The position numbers were made by a program, and so were the translations under genes. A DNA stretch of 62,762 nucleotides, filler included, from Nitrospinota bacterium (GTDB lineage: Bacteria > JAUXIQ01): NCBI GenBank assembly GCA_030620925.1. It is 5 parts of 5 records of this genome, joined end to end, with 100 filler letters (N's around TTAATTAATTAA, not from the genome) between each part and the next. Parts side by side here need not be neighbours in the genome. Positions count along the whole stretch, not along the records: positions 23,321 to 32,560 come from JAUXIQ010000053.1; positions 32,661 to 36,531 come from JAUXIQ010000274.1; positions 36,632 to 39,414 come from JAUXIQ010000405.1; positions 39,515 to 62,762 come from JAUXIQ010000004.1; 1 more part is not named here. The stretch is one strand, 5' to 3'. Below, piece by piece: positions 28,829 to 39,701 of this stretch (the stretch's first letter is position 1; each line of letters starts with the position of its first letter). The notes under the pieces are model-generated. The model saw only the letters and a list, made by a program, of their open reading frames with translations. It had not been told where the DNA came from and searched no databases.

Positions 28829-29794
28829 ATGTTAAGCATGAAAAACCTGCGGTTAAAGAATAAGGTGTTTATTGCCTTTGCATTATCCTCAGTGCTCCCG
28901 CTTCTGCTTCTGTTTTACGTTTTACTTGGCCTGATGTCTCCTGAAGCTGAGCAATTCCTTCTGAGCGAAAAGCTTGTAAATGTCGACCTGCTTATGGTGC
29001 TGGCAGTCTTGCTGAGCGTATTGGGAGTGCGCATAAACCTCGACATAATCAAAGGCATTGGGGACCTGGTTAAAAGGAGCGAGGACATTTATCCCGACGT
29101 CGATCGAGAACCGGAGCGAAAATTAGATGAAATTGCGCAGTTAGCCGACAAACTCACATCGATAATGGGGAAGATGCAAGAGCAGATGAGCCAACTCGAG
29201 CAGTTCGAGAAAGACCTTGCAAATACCAGGCAGGAGCTCATGGCTTCCAACGCCAGGCTTAAGGAAGTAGCCATCAAAGATGATCTCACCGGTGTATACA
29301 ACAGACGACTTTTCAACGACAGGCTGCAGGAAGAAGTGAAGAGGGCGATGAGGTACAAACGCCCTATATCCCTTTTAATGTTGGACATCGACGGCTTCAA
29401 AGAGGTAAACGACGATTTCGGCCACATGGTGGGAGATGTAGTGCTTGAGAAGTTTGCACGGCTTCTAAAGTCCAGCTGCAGGGAGGTTGATGTTGTCGCC
29501 CGGTACGGAGGTGATGAGTTCAGCATCATCCTGCCCGAAACGGACAATCAGGGCGCTATGTTAATAGCTGAGAGGATAAGCAAAAAAGTTGAAAAACAGG
29601 TCTTCCTGAAAAAGGATGAGGGCAAGACCATAAACTTGACCATAAGCATCGGAGTATCAACTTGCACGAGGGTGATGGAGGAAACTGAGGACATCCTGCA
29701 TTTCGCCGATAAAGCCCTCTCCTTGGCTAAGAAGGAAGGGAAAAACAGCGTGATAGAATATTCACCGACCGACTTGCGTCTTCCCTCTTCGTAA
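28829..29794 (+). CDS. membrane diguanylate cyclase
   Basis: Two TM segments, coiled coil, DDLTG.YNRR, DIDGFK.VND.FGH, REVD I-site, RYGGDEF. Confidence 0.95.
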   Translation: MLSMKNLRLKNKVFIAFALSSVLPLLLLFYVLLGLMSPEAEQFLLSEKLVNVDLLMVLAVLLSVLGVRINLDIIKGIGDLVKRSEDIYPDVDREPERKLDEIAQLADKLTSIMGKMQEQMSQLEQFEKDLANTRQELMASNARLKEVAIKDDLTGVYNRRLFNDRLQEEVKRAMRYKRPISLLMLDIDGFKEVNDDFGHMVGDVVLEKFARLLKSSCREVDVVARYGGDEFSIILPETDNQGAMLIAERISKKVEKQVFLKKDEGKTINLTISIGVSTCTRVMEETEDILHFADKALSLAKKEGKNSVIEYSPTDLRLPSS

Positions 29795-30063
29795 ACCCTT
29801 CAAGGTTTCTTACGTCGCCCGTATATCGGGTGTCCCCTCATGAAATTCAGCACTATTTTGCCTTCTCACCATATCTCCGGTACCGGCAATTTAGGAAGTA
29901 TTCTTAAAGTAAGTTAGATATTCTTGAAATAAACATCACAAACTACTGATTTATCTTCGCTTTCCTGTTATGATAATGGACGTGAGCTCCAAAATCTATT
30001 TGGAGACCATCCTTGCCCGAAAACGATGAAAAGCCAAAATTTACTGGATATAGGGGAAATGCC

Positions 30064-31434
30064 GTGAGGCAAGAGCAGCTTTCACGTTTTCTACAAATTC
30101 AGGGTATACTTGCGGTTCTTCTGAGCATGTGCATTTTTATTACCGCTGCCGCCGCAGACGAAAGCACCCAAAAGGCCAAAGAATTGTTCTGGCGCGGCGT
30201 AAAATCGTTAGAAGCAAAACAGTATGAGGAAGCCATTAAATATTTCAAATCCGTTCTTGAAGTTAAACCCGACTATGCTGATGCGTATCTGAATTTGAGC
30301 GCTGCTTACGGTGCGCTGGGTCGTGATGAAGAGGCTGCTAAAGCTACAAAAGCCTTCAGAAACGCGGTCAGCAGCGACCCTATGATTAAACATTACAACC
30401 GGGGGCTGACTAACGAAAGCCTGAAACGTTATGGAGATGCGGTCGAAGCATACCAAACGGTTATCCAGCTTAAGCCCGGTCACACAGAAGCACACTTTAG
30501 ATTAGGGGTTAATTACAGTAAATTGGGGCGCTATGAAGAAGCGGTGAGGGCTTTCACCCAGGCCATATGGCTGAAGCCCGACTACGCCGAAGCGCATAAC
30601 AACCTGGGCCTGTCTTATGGCCGGCTGAGTCGCTTTAAACAGGAGATCAAAGCTTATAAGGAAGCCATACGGCTGAATCCAGACTTCACCGAAGCGTATT
30701 ATAACCTCGGCAGGGCTTATAATTCACAGGGTCGCCATGACCAGGCGGTGGAGGCATATGCTCAGGCTATACTCATAAATCCTGATGATGCAGAGCCGCA
30801 CTTCGGCCTGGGCGCTACTTACAGAAAGTTGGAGCGCTATGAAGAAGCGATCGAGGCAATTAAACAGGCCATCCGTCTAAAACCCGACTATGAAGCTCCG
30901 CATAATGAGCTGGGGCTGGTTTACGCCGATTCGGGGCGCTATGCCGAGGCAGCGGAGGCGTATCAGCTGGCCATACGCGTAAACCCCGACTACGCCGAAG
31001 CATACAATAACCTGGGCGTGGTTTATAGCTTGTCAGGGCGCTATGAAGAAGCAGCGGAGGCGCTTAAACAGGTCATCCGCATCGACCCTGATAATACCGA
31101 TACACACGTCGTGCTGGCCCGTACGCTTATTAAATCTGCTCGCTATACCCAGGCGGTAAAAGAGTTAAAATACTTGATCCGATTAAATCCTGAAAATGCC
31201 GCGGCTCGCTCTCTCTTAGGATATGCTTACATCAATCTCAAACGCTATGAAGAAGCAGTAGAGGAATTTAAACTCGTTTTACAAATTAACCCTGGTAATG
31301 CCGAGACGCATTTAAATTTGGGTTATGCTTATGAGCTCCTGGGAGACCGGGGGGCGGCCCTGGATGAGTACAAAATTTTAAAAAAGCTCGACCCTCGGAA
31401 AGCCGATCAGCTTTTCGACCTTATCTATAAATAG
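30064..31434 (+). CDS. exported TPR protein
   Basis: Signal-like N-terminus; many 34-aa AEA..NLG..Y..GRY.EA repeats. Confidence 0.9.
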   Translation: MRQEQLSRFLQIQGILAVLLSMCIFITAAAADESTQKAKELFWRGVKSLEAKQYEEAIKYFKSVLEVKPDYADAYLNLSAAYGALGRDEEAAKATKAFRNAVSSDPMIKHYNRGLTNESLKRYGDAVEAYQTVIQLKPGHTEAHFRLGVNYSKLGRYEEAVRAFTQAIWLKPDYAEAHNNLGLSYGRLSRFKQEIKAYKEAIRLNPDFTEAYYNLGRAYNSQGRHDQAVEAYAQAILINPDDAEPHFGLGATYRKLERYEEAIEAIKQAIRLKPDYEAPHNELGLVYADSGRYAEAAEAYQLAIRVNPDYAEAYNNLGVVYSLSGRYEEAAEALKQVIRIDPDNTDTHVVLARTLIKSARYTQAVKELKYLIRLNPENAAARSLLGYAYINLKRYEEAVEEFKLVLQINPGNAETHLNLGYAYELLGDRGAALDEYKILKKLDPRKADQLFDLIYK

Positions 31435-31538
31435 AGGCTCTAAATGCGTCTCCCTCCAAGACTCGTTTCATTCACCCCTCAGAATGCCAGAGAGAGAGTT
31501 TATGCGATAAACAAAAAGGGTAAGCAGTCTCAATGAAC

Positions 31539-31564
31539 ATACCCACCCATTCATGGGTGGGTAT
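31539..31564. repeat. perfect palindrome, IS200/IS605-end-like or REP-like
   Basis: ATACCCACCCAT-TC-ATGGGTGGGTAT. Confidence 0.6.
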
Positions 31565-31867
31565 TTGATGACCCTGCCGCCAAGCAGGGTTCGAACCCCG
31601 TCACTTGTGGCGGGGTATATTCCCCCGGACAAGTCCAGGGGTTCGCAACCCGGGGAACCTCAATCGAGCCGGCTGCATCATGAGAATTACTCCCGCGCCA
31701 TCCACGTCATCCCGCACAATTCGTGACCAACTCTTGTAAAGTCGATGGCGGAGAGATCGCCCTTTATCTGAGGTGAAAAGAAGCACTTTCTCCTCGACAA
31801 GATTCCTCATCTGCCGAAAGTGAATATATGGGCTTCTAATAAAATAGATTATTTCGGGGGGAAGGTC

Positions 31868-32560
31868 ATGAAGCAAGAGCGACGTTCACGTTTTCTAAAA
31901 ATTCAGGGTATTGCAGCGACTCTAGTTATCACCTGTATCTTTATTGCCGCTGCCATAGCGGATGATAGAACCAAAGAGACCGATGAGCTATTCTCGCAAG
32001 GCGTTGGAGCAATTAAGGCACAGAACTATGAAGAGGCTGTCAAATACTTTGAGGCCTCATTGGAAATAAAGCCCGACGACGCCGGAGTGTATCACTCCCT
32101 GGGGTTTGTTTATAGCCGGCTCGACCGATACGCTGAGGCGGTGGAAGCCTATAAACAGGCCATCCGGATAAACCCTGATGAAGCATCAGCGCACTACAAC
32201 CTGGGGTTGGCTTATAGCTATCTGAAACGTTATACCGATGCCGAAGAGGCGTATAGGCAGGCAATCCGGATAAACCCTGACGACGTATCAGCGTATTACA
32301 ACCTGGGCTGGGATTATGAGGAACTTGGCCGCTACGTCGAGGCTGCGGAAGCCTATAAACAGACCATCCGGGTTAAACCTGACCACTTTAAAGCGCATCA
32401 TAACCTGGGCGGAGCCTATGGCGAGCTGGGCCGCTACGCTGAGGCAATAAAGGCGTATAAACAGGCCCTAAAGATAAACCCTGGTTCCCCCGAAGCGCAT
32501 TACAACCTGGGTGTTGCCTATCTATTTAATGGAAACCGCGAAGCAGCCCTTGAAGAATAC
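31868..32560 (+). CDS. exported TPR protein, paralog of 30064-31434, truncated at the contig end
   Basis: Shared leader SRFL.IQGI...CIFI.AA.AD; TPR repeats. Confidence 0.88.
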
Positions 32561-32660
32561 NNNNNNNNNNNNNNNNNNNNNNNNNNNNNNNNNNNNNNNN
32601 NNNNTTAATTAATTAANNNNNNNNNNNNNNNNNNNNNNNNNNNNNNNNNNNNNNNNNNNN
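32561..32660. other. artificial contig linker
   Basis: 44 N + TTAATTAATTAA + 44 N. Confidence 0.97.
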
Positions 32661-33172
32661 CCGCCGGTCCCGCACAAGCCCAACTTTTCGATGACTTCGA
32701 AGGAAAACCGCACCTCCTCCTGGATGGAACCGCCGTTGGCCACTTCTACGGCTTCTACCAGCTCGAAGATGGGCCGCGAGCAGGCTTCCTGGAGGTCCAC
32801 GGATAACGCGGGGTTGAAAGTGCCGTAACCCACCGGCGAGAAGTCTCGCCGAAAGGGATGAGCGGCAACCATTACCCCGCCCGCCTGAACCACCAATTCA
32901 CGCAGTTCATCCGCCTCCATGTATCCTTTATCAAAATCGCCCATGCCGAAGACCAGAATATCTCCCAGGTCCGTGCTCACCTCCACCCCGCCCAGGATCA
33001 GGAAGTCGTACTCTTCTCTGAGTTTCTGCAAGGCGTCTGTATCGCGTTTACCGTGTTCGGTGATGCAAACACCGTCCAGCCCTATCTCGCGGGCTTTCTT
33101 GATCAGTTCCGGGGGATACAAAGTGCTGTCCCACGAACCAAGAGTGGTGTGCACGTGCAGGTCAATAAACAA
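32661..33172 (-). CDS. PHP-domain metal-dependent phosphoesterase, 3' end cut off by the contig edge
   Basis: IDLHVHT, ITEH, GVEVST, AAHPFR, VEVANG. Confidence 0.88.
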
Positions 33173-33243
33173 TACTATCTAAACCTATATCGTTTGGGCT
33201 AAATTGTAAGGACAGGAAGGGTTCATTCACGGTTCGAGAAAAT

Positions 33244-33993
33244 TTACTGCTCAGCGCTGCTTACTTCCCGCTGAGTCTTTATGCCTGGAAAAGTATCGAT
33301 CACTCTCTCCATACCCAGGCGAGTCATCTGATCGCTGGTCCACCACCGGAAACCCCCTTTCATATACCTGTCCATGAGGAGTAGGTTTTCGTTCAGCGGT
33401 TGTTGCGTCTCTTCGTATTCCGCCTGCCACAATATGGAGCCGTCCTTAGTGCTGATCAAGTAGATTTCATAGGCCACGGACGCTGGTTCCAGGGTAAGGA
33501 GGGGGGTCCCTTCGTTGTCCCTGTAGCGCAGGATGCGGCCGGTCACCACGGCGTCGAACTGCCCCCCGGTCCCGAGGCGGGAGCCTTCATCGGCCTCTTT
33601 CTCTTCCCTGGATTCAGGTTGCCTTTCAGGCTCTCCGAGCAGTTCCCCGATGCGGGGCGCCATGAACTCTGTGCGCATCCTTTCCCCTTCTTCCTTCAAA
33701 GGCGGCGAGACTTCATATTCTTTGTGCGTGGAAAGTTGATTATAAAAATAGCTGGCCACCTTAAAGCCCGCTGCTTCATCATTGCTATCGTTCTTGAAGG
33801 GGAGAACTACTATCTTCCTGACCTCGTAGCTCTGGTAATCGACCGTAGAAAATGCCGAAACGTTGGTGCGCGGTTTTACTTCCCCTATGAGTTTTCCCGC
33901 GGAGCCGGCGCAGCCTGTGAGAAAAACAGCTCCTATGAGGAACGAAAATATCCTCAAGGCTGACCATCGCCCTTTCATTTTAACAGGACGCAC
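33244..33993 (-). CDS. lipoprotein (CsgG/LpoB-like fold, tentative)
   Basis: Lipobox LTGC; KIVVLPF.N, DAVVTG.I, G.ILW. Confidence 0.7.
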   Translation of the reverse strand: MRPVKMKGRWSALRIFSFLIGAVFLTGCAGSAGKLIGEVKPRTNVSAFSTVDYQSYEVRKIVVLPFKNDSNDEAAGFKVASYFYNQLSTHKEYEVSPPLKEEGERMRTEFMAPRIGELLGEPERQPESREEKEADEGSRLGTGGQFDAVVTGRILRYRDNEGTPLLTLEPASVAYEIYLISTKDGSILWQAEYEETQQPLNENLLLMDRYMKGGFRWWTSDQMTRLGMERVIDTFPGIKTQREVSSAEQ

Positions 33994-34054
33994 AGCGATT
34001 CTCCTTGATTTCCGAGCAGGGAACTCTTTTTCACGGGCAACTATGCGATTGCAA

Positions 34055-34252
34055 TCAGTCTATCTTAATGCCCATGTTATAAATAACGTTCAATATGTCC
34101 TTGGCCAGGCCCAGGGCTTGTTCCCTTTTGACCACTACCTGCACGTGCAAATCCTCCTCATAACCAAAGGTAAGGAGAAGGCCCTGCGTATGCGCCGTAG
34201 CGACCACATCGTTGGCTTTTATTGGCTCCGAAAACTTTTCTTCAGCATTCAT
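34055..34252 (-). CDS. small hypothetical protein
   Basis: 65-aa ORF, purine-rich upstream sequence, co-oriented with its neighbours. Confidence 0.45.
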   Translation of the reverse strand: MNAEEKFSEPIKANDVVATAHTQGLLLTFGYEEDLHVQVVVKREQALGLAKDILNVIYNMGIKID

Positions 34253-34402
34253 TTCTCTTTCGCCTATAACCGTCTTAGAAATAAATATAATCCAATGTTG
34301 TTCCAGTGGTTAACGGTTATTTCCCTCCCCCTCAACAAAACCGACTCTTAACCTACGACACAGAGGTCGTCATCCTTATAATAAAGTGGAAGCAGCCGCC
34401 GA

Positions 34403-35152
34403 TTACAACTTCCCGCGGTCCTTTCCGCCCCACGTTTTTTTAAGCCGTCTGAATAATCTCTTGAAAGCGTAGTAAGCTACGACACTGGCCAGCGTTCTTA
34501 AGGTTTCTCCTGGTGTCAAAGGGCGGGTGATAACTTCCACCTCTCCCTTTTTAATGGCCTCTATTACGGCGCTGATATTTTTTTCCGATTTCACCAGGGA
34601 ATAGGTGGTGCCCAGTTGGAACAGATGATGAGCATCCGAGGTGCCCACCAGGGGCAAATCCCATCTCCGGGCGTCCGTAACCAGGCGCCGGTTGGGGTTC
34701 AAGCCCATGAAATGTAAGTGGCAATACTCTGCTGCGTGAAAGAGCCGCCTGTAGGCGGCCAGCTTGGATTTCAGCGATTGCCTGCCCGGATAGTAAGCAT
34801 GGGCTGCTATGACAGCCGTTTCCTCTCCCACCGATGCCAGGTCGTCCAGCTTTCTAATGCTGTTAGTCCCGTTCCGGTAGTTGAGCATGAGGATATGTTT
34901 TCCTTCCACGGTAAGCTCAACCCCGGGTATGAGGAGGATTCCCTTTCCCCTGGCATAGGTCTCCAGGTCAGGGCTGAAGGTAACCGCATCGTGGTTGGTT
35001 ATGCTCAAGACCTCATAACCCTTTTGGGCGGCGGTATCTATCAGGTCCTTTTCCGTATGGAGGATTTTGTCCTGCGGGTCACCCGCGCTGTGGCAATGGA
35101 AGTCGGCCTTCAGGTAGCCCTTTTTCTTTTCGTAAAATGGGTCCATTTTCAT
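34403..35152 (-). CDS. PHP-domain protein
   Basis: KADFHCH, ITNHD, PGVE, AAH, GTSDAH. Confidence 0.88.
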   Translation of the reverse strand: MKMDPFYEKKKGYLKADFHCHSAGDPQDKILHTEKDLIDTAAQKGYEVLSITNHDAVTFSPDLETYARGKGILLIPGVELTVEGKHILMLNYRNGTNSIRKLDDLASVGEETAVIAAHAYYPGRQSLKSKLAAYRRLFHAAEYCHLHFMGLNPNRRLVTDARRWDLPLVGTSDAHHLFQLGTTYSLVKSEKNISAVIEAIKKGEVEVITRPLTPGETLRTLASVVAYYAFKRLFRRLKKTWGGKDRGKL

Positions 35153-35364
35153 ACACTCGATACTATTTATCGAATGAAAAGCGATTTTCTTGACAGAGCC
35201 TCAACATAAATTTAATATAAACCTTGAAAGCTAAAAGTTAATACTGCATCCTGATATACTTGCCCTGCTCAGACACAATAATAAAACAAACGATATGGAC
35301 AATATATTACTATGAAAATCAAACAACAAGAGTTATTCCGAACCTGAGTGCAAAGGGGAAGAGG

Positions 35365-36510
35365 ATGGACCTGGAACTCACCGAAGAACAGAAGATGATA
35401 CAGAAGATGACCCGGGATTTCACCGACGAGAAAGTGAAACCCCTGGCAGCCGAGCTCGATGAGACAAGCCGCTACCCCCAGGAACTGGTGGAAGAAATGG
35501 CTCAGTTGGGGCTGATGGGCGTGGCGATACCGGAAGAATACGGCGGCGCGGGCATGGACAATATATGCTATGCATTGGCTCTGGAGGAGATTTCCAGGGG
35601 GTGCGCCAGCACGGGCGTGATCATGTCCGTGAACAACTCGCTGGTCTGCGACCCGGTTTTTAAATACGGAAACGACGACCAGAAGAAGTGGTTTCTCACC
35701 CCACTGGCCGCCGGCGAAAAACTGGGCTGTTTCGGCCTCACCGAACCCCAGGCGGGCTCGGACGCCAGCAATCTGAAGACCAGCGCCGTGCGCGATGGGG
35801 ATAACTGGGTCCTTAACGGCCGGAAAAACTTCATAACCAACGGCGCCGAGGCGGATGTGGCGATCATCTTCGCCATGAGCGATCCGGAAAAGAAGCACAG
35901 GGGGATAAACGGTTTCATAGTCGAAAAAGACACACCGGGTTTAAGCGTTCCCAAGGTGGAAAAGAAGCTGGGTATCAACGCTTCCTCCACCGCCGAGCTC
36001 CTGTTCGAGGATTGCCGCATACCGGCGGAAAACCTGCTGGGCGAGGAGGGCAAGGGCTTCAGGATAGCAATGGAAACACTGGACGGTGGTAGGATAGGCA
36101 TCGCCGCACAGGCCCTGGGCATCGCCCGGGCCGCCCTGGAGGCCAGTATCCGTTACGCCCGGGAGAGGGAGCAGTTCGGCCAGGCCATAGCCAAATTCCA
36201 GGCCGTCCAGTTCATGATTTCCGATATGGCCACGGAAATAGACGCCGCCCGGCTGCTCACCCATAGGGCGGCATATCTCAAGGATAAGGGAGTGAGCCAC
36301 TCCAGCGAATCGGCCATGGCCAAGCTGTTCGCCTCCGAGGTGGCCATGAGGGTCACCACCAAGGCCATCCAGGTGCACGGCGGTTACGGCTACATAAAGG
36401 AGTATCCGGTAGAGCGCCACTTCCGGGATGCCAAGATTACGGAAATTTATGAAGGTACCTCCGAGGTGCAGCGGATGGTGATCGCTGCCGACCTCTTTAA
36501 GGAACAATAA
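35365..36510 (+). CDS. short-chain acyl-CoA dehydrogenase (butyryl-CoA DH-like)
   Basis: FGLTEPQAGSD, NGRKNFITNG, LDGGRIGIA, QVHGGYGY, IYEGTSE. Confidence 0.95.
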   Translation: MDLELTEEQKMIQKMTRDFTDEKVKPLAAELDETSRYPQELVEEMAQLGLMGVAIPEEYGGAGMDNICYALALEEISRGCASTGVIMSVNNSLVCDPVFKYGNDDQKKWFLTPLAAGEKLGCFGLTEPQAGSDASNLKTSAVRDGDNWVLNGRKNFITNGAEADVAIIFAMSDPEKKHRGINGFIVEKDTPGLSVPKVEKKLGINASSTAELLFEDCRIPAENLLGEEGKGFRIAMETLDGGRIGIAAQALGIARAALEASIRYAREREQFGQAIAKFQAVQFMISDMATEIDAARLLTHRAAYLKDKGVSHSSESAMAKLFASEVAMRVTTKAIQVHGGYGYIKEYPVERHFRDAKITEIYEGTSEVQRMVIAADLFKEQ

Positions 36511-36531
36511 GACGGGCCTGCGGTTGATCAG

Positions 36532-36631
36532 NNNNNNNNNNNNNNNNNNNNNNNNNNNNNNNNNNNNNNNNNNNNTTAATTAATTAANNNNNNNNNNNNN
36601 NNNNNNNNNNNNNNNNNNNNNNNNNNNNNNN
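36532..36631. other. artificial contig linker
   Basis: 44 N + TTAATTAATTAA + 44 N. Confidence 0.97.
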
Positions 36632-36633
36632 AT

Positions 36634-36813
36634 TCGGCCCTTAAAGTAGCCGCCCCCATCAGCCTGGTTACCATGTTCGCCATCGGCGTGGGTAAAACCC
36701 GCATCACAAAAACCAGTTGGCTTAAAAGCGGGCTGGAGATGCTGGTCATCGGCTCCGCCGCGGCCGGCGTGGGTTATCTCTTGGGGATGCTGGCTTCTAA
36801 TTTCATTAGTTGA
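36634..36813 (+). CDS. VIT1/CCC1 family Fe/Mn transporter, C-terminal fragment
   Basis: Manual translation ...MFAIGVGKTRITKTSWLKSGLEMLVIGSAAAGVGYLLG...*. Confidence 0.75.
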   Translation, partial: SALKVAAPISLVTMFAIGVGKTRITKTSWLKSGLEMLVIGSAAAGVGYLLGMLASNFIS

Positions 36814-37005
36814 CGCCTCGGTGGAAAACTTTACCCTCGCATATACGAAACAGAGCCCGGATTAAGAAGCGCCGGGTAATTATATAAAGCGCAGCTCGGT
36901 TTTCCCGCCTAAAGACCTTAACGACCTCTCCGTATATGTCGAATAAGAATATATACAGAGCGTTGTGAGCAATTGCTGTTCCAAATATAAAGGGGGATCC
37001 TGCAT

Positions 37006-38709
37006 ATGAAGACTCTGGGGATAGTCGGATTGTTGATGTTGGTGATTGTAGAGTCGTTTGCGCTGTCCGCCGATGCCCAGGAAAAATTGTGGAACGAGCT
37101 GAACGAAAAGGTCAACATACTCTATGAGCAAGGACGCTATTCTGAGGCGGTAAAACCTGCTGAGGAAGCGTTGAAAATCGCAGAAAATACCTTCGGGCCG
37201 GACCACCCGAACGTGGCTACTTCACTGAATAATTTAGCCACGCTGTACAGGGACATGGGGAAACATGCCCAGGCTGAACCCCTTTATAAGAGGGCTCTGG
37301 CAATAGACGAAAAAGTTTACGGACCGGACCATCCAAGTGTGGCCATATCACTGAACAATCTTGCGGAGCTTTACAGAGAACAGGGCAAATATGCGGAAGC
37401 TGAGCCCGTCTATAAAAGGTCCCTGGCGATTAAGGAGAAAGCTCTTAGCCCGGACCATCCAAGTGTGGCCATATCACTGAACAATTTAGCGGCACTCTAT
37501 TATTCTCAGGGCAAATACGACCAGGCCGGCCTCCTCTACAGAAGGGCACTGGACATAAATGAAAAAGCTCTTGGGCTGGACCATCCAAATGTAGGAATAT
37601 CACTTAACAATCTTGCGGAACTTTACAGAAACCAGGGAAAATATACTGAAGCCGAACCCCTCTATAAGCGGTCACTGGCTATATGGGAAAAAGTCCTGGG
37701 GCCGGACCACCCGAACGTGGCGGCAACACTGAACAATCTGGCGCTGCTTTACAAAGCACAGGGGAAATATGCGGAGACCGAGCCCCTCTACAAGCAGGCA
37801 CTGGCAATTTGGGAAAAAGCTCTGGGCCCGGAACATCCACGCGTGGCGACAACACTGAACAATCTGGCGCAGCTTTACAGAGAACAGGGAAAATATGCTG
37901 AAGCCGAACCCCTCTTTAAAAGGACGTTGGCTATAAATGAAAAAGCACTGGGGCCGGACCATCCAAATATAGCTGCATCGCTGAACAATCTGGCGGGACA
38001 ATACAGGGAACAGGGCAAGTACACGGAAGCCGAACCCCTCTACAAAAGGGCGCTGACTATTTGGGAAAAAGTCCTGGGACCGAAACACCCGAATGTGGCA
38101 ACATCACTGAACAACCTAGGGCTGCTCTATGAGTCACAGGGAAAATACGACCAGGCCGAACCTCTTTACAAGAGGTCACTATCAATAATAGAAAAAGCAC
38201 TGGGGCCTGACCACCCGGATGTAGCGACATACCTGAACAATCTTGCGGAGCTTTACAGAGAACAGGGCAAATATACCGAGGCGGAACCACTATATAAGCG
38301 GGCGTTGGATATATGGGAAAAGGCTCTTGGCCCTGAGCACCCAAATGTTGGGGCACTGATGAACAACCTGGCGTTGATGTACGATTATCAGGGGGAATAT
38401 GCTCGGGCGGAACCCCTCTACAAACGGTCGCTATCGATAAGGGAAAAAACCCTGGGGCCGGAGCATCGAGACGTGGCGCAATTGCTGAACAACCTGGCTG
38501 AGCTGTACAAAGAACAGGGCAAATATGAGGAAGCCGAGCCCCTCTATAAGCGGGCACTGGCTATAGTCGAGAAAGCCCTGGGACCGGAGCACCCCCATAC
38601 TGCAACAGTATTAGAGAATATGTCTGAGCTTTATGAGAAAATCGGGGAAAAAGATGAAGCCGAAAAGCTGGAAAAGCGGGTAGAAACAATTCGCTCTATA
38701 AACCGATGA
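37006..38709 (+). CDS. exported kinesin-light-chain-type (42-aa) TPR protein
   Basis: Signal peptide plus 12 HP.VA.SLNNLA.LY..QGKY.EAEPLYKRAL units with a 126-bp period. Confidence 0.92.
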   Translation: MKTLGIVGLLMLVIVESFALSADAQEKLWNELNEKVNILYEQGRYSEAVKPAEEALKIAENTFGPDHPNVATSLNNLATLYRDMGKHAQAEPLYKRALAIDEKVYGPDHPSVAISLNNLAELYREQGKYAEAEPVYKRSLAIKEKALSPDHPSVAISLNNLAALYYSQGKYDQAGLLYRRALDINEKALGLDHPNVGISLNNLAELYRNQGKYTEAEPLYKRSLAIWEKVLGPDHPNVAATLNNLALLYKAQGKYAETEPLYKQALAIWEKALGPEHPRVATTLNNLAQLYREQGKYAEAEPLFKRTLAINEKALGPDHPNIAASLNNLAGQYREQGKYTEAEPLYKRALTIWEKVLGPKHPNVATSLNNLGLLYESQGKYDQAEPLYKRSLSIIEKALGPDHPDVATYLNNLAELYREQGKYTEAEPLYKRALDIWEKALGPEHPNVGALMNNLALMYDYQGEYARAEPLYKRSLSIREKTLGPEHRDVAQLLNNLAELYKEQGKYEEAEPLYKRALAIVEKALGPEHPHTATVLENMSELYEKIGEKDEAEKLEKRVETIRSINR

Positions 38710-38947
38710 CCGCCATTTGACGTTACAAACAACCCACTGAAGTTTCCTTTCCCCTCCCACCGAAATCCCCTAAGAAACACATCGTTGCAACCCTGAATTA
38801 TCGGATCCATTTCAAAGAAGGGATATTTTTACTTCGGGTTTTAAGAGAAACCTTTGTTTCCGCTCAAACAGCTAATATATTTTTGAGCAGAGACAACATC
38901 TGATTTCATATTCACACTATGGAACATTTCTGAAAAGGAGAAAACCG

Positions 38948-39414
38948 ATGAAAGGCTCCAAATACGCGGCATTATCAGTCGCGCTGGGAATAGCGGTGAT
39001 GCTCACCTTCGCGCTCACCGCCCTGTCCGATCTGCCGGACCCGGGCATGAACATAGACCCTGAACGCACGGCGCTGGTCATCACCGACCCGCAGAATGAC
39101 TTCCTGCATCCCAAGGGCGTGGCATGGGGCGTGGTAGGCAAGAGCGTCGTCGAGAACAACACGGTGGAAAATATAGAAACCCTGTTGAAGGAGGCCAAGC
39201 GGCACGGCATTCCGGTCTTCATTTCGCCACACTACTACTACCCCACCGATCACGGGTGGCGGTTCGAAGGGGCGCTGGAGAAGTTGATGCACAATATTAA
39301 GATGTTCGACCGCAAGGGCCCCCTGGATCTGGAGGGCTTCGAGAACTCGGGCGCGGACTGGCTGGCCCGTTATAAACCGTACATCGAGGATGGGAAAACG
39401 GTGGTAACCAGCCC
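38948..39414 (+). CDS. cysteine hydrolase (isochorismatase family) with signal peptide, truncated at the contig end
   Basis: RTALVITDPQNDF; AAGGAG RBS. Confidence 0.85.
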
Positions 39415-39514
39415 NNNNNNNNNNNNNNNNNNNNNNNNNNNNNNNNNNNNNNNNNNNNTTAATTAATTAANNNNNNNNNNNNNNNNNNNNNNNNNNNNNN
39501 NNNNNNNNNNNNNN
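39415..39514. other. artificial contig linker
   Basis: 44 N + TTAATTAATTAA + 44 N. Confidence 0.97.
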
Positions 39515-39649
39515 CGCTTCAACGAATTTGCGGAAGGGATCAAGAACCACTGTATTAAATGTGGTATAGAATACCACTCCGTTACCTCCTCCAACCCCGT
39601 GGAAGAATTAGTGCTCAGATACCTGAGACAGGGGCGGCACCTCTATTAG
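39515..39649 (+). CDS. probable DUF58 protein C-terminal fragment
   Basis: Manual translation RFNEFAEGIKNHCIKCGIEYHSVTSSNPVEELVLRYLRQG; position before BatA/VWA genes. Confidence 0.6.
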   Translation, partial: RFNEFAEGIKNHCIKCGIEYHSVTSSNPVEELVLRYLRQGRHLY

Positions 39650-39701
39650 CTCCGCGAGGCGTGGTTCCAAAAGGAGGCAAGCGCCCCTGAAAGGGAAAAA
39701 G

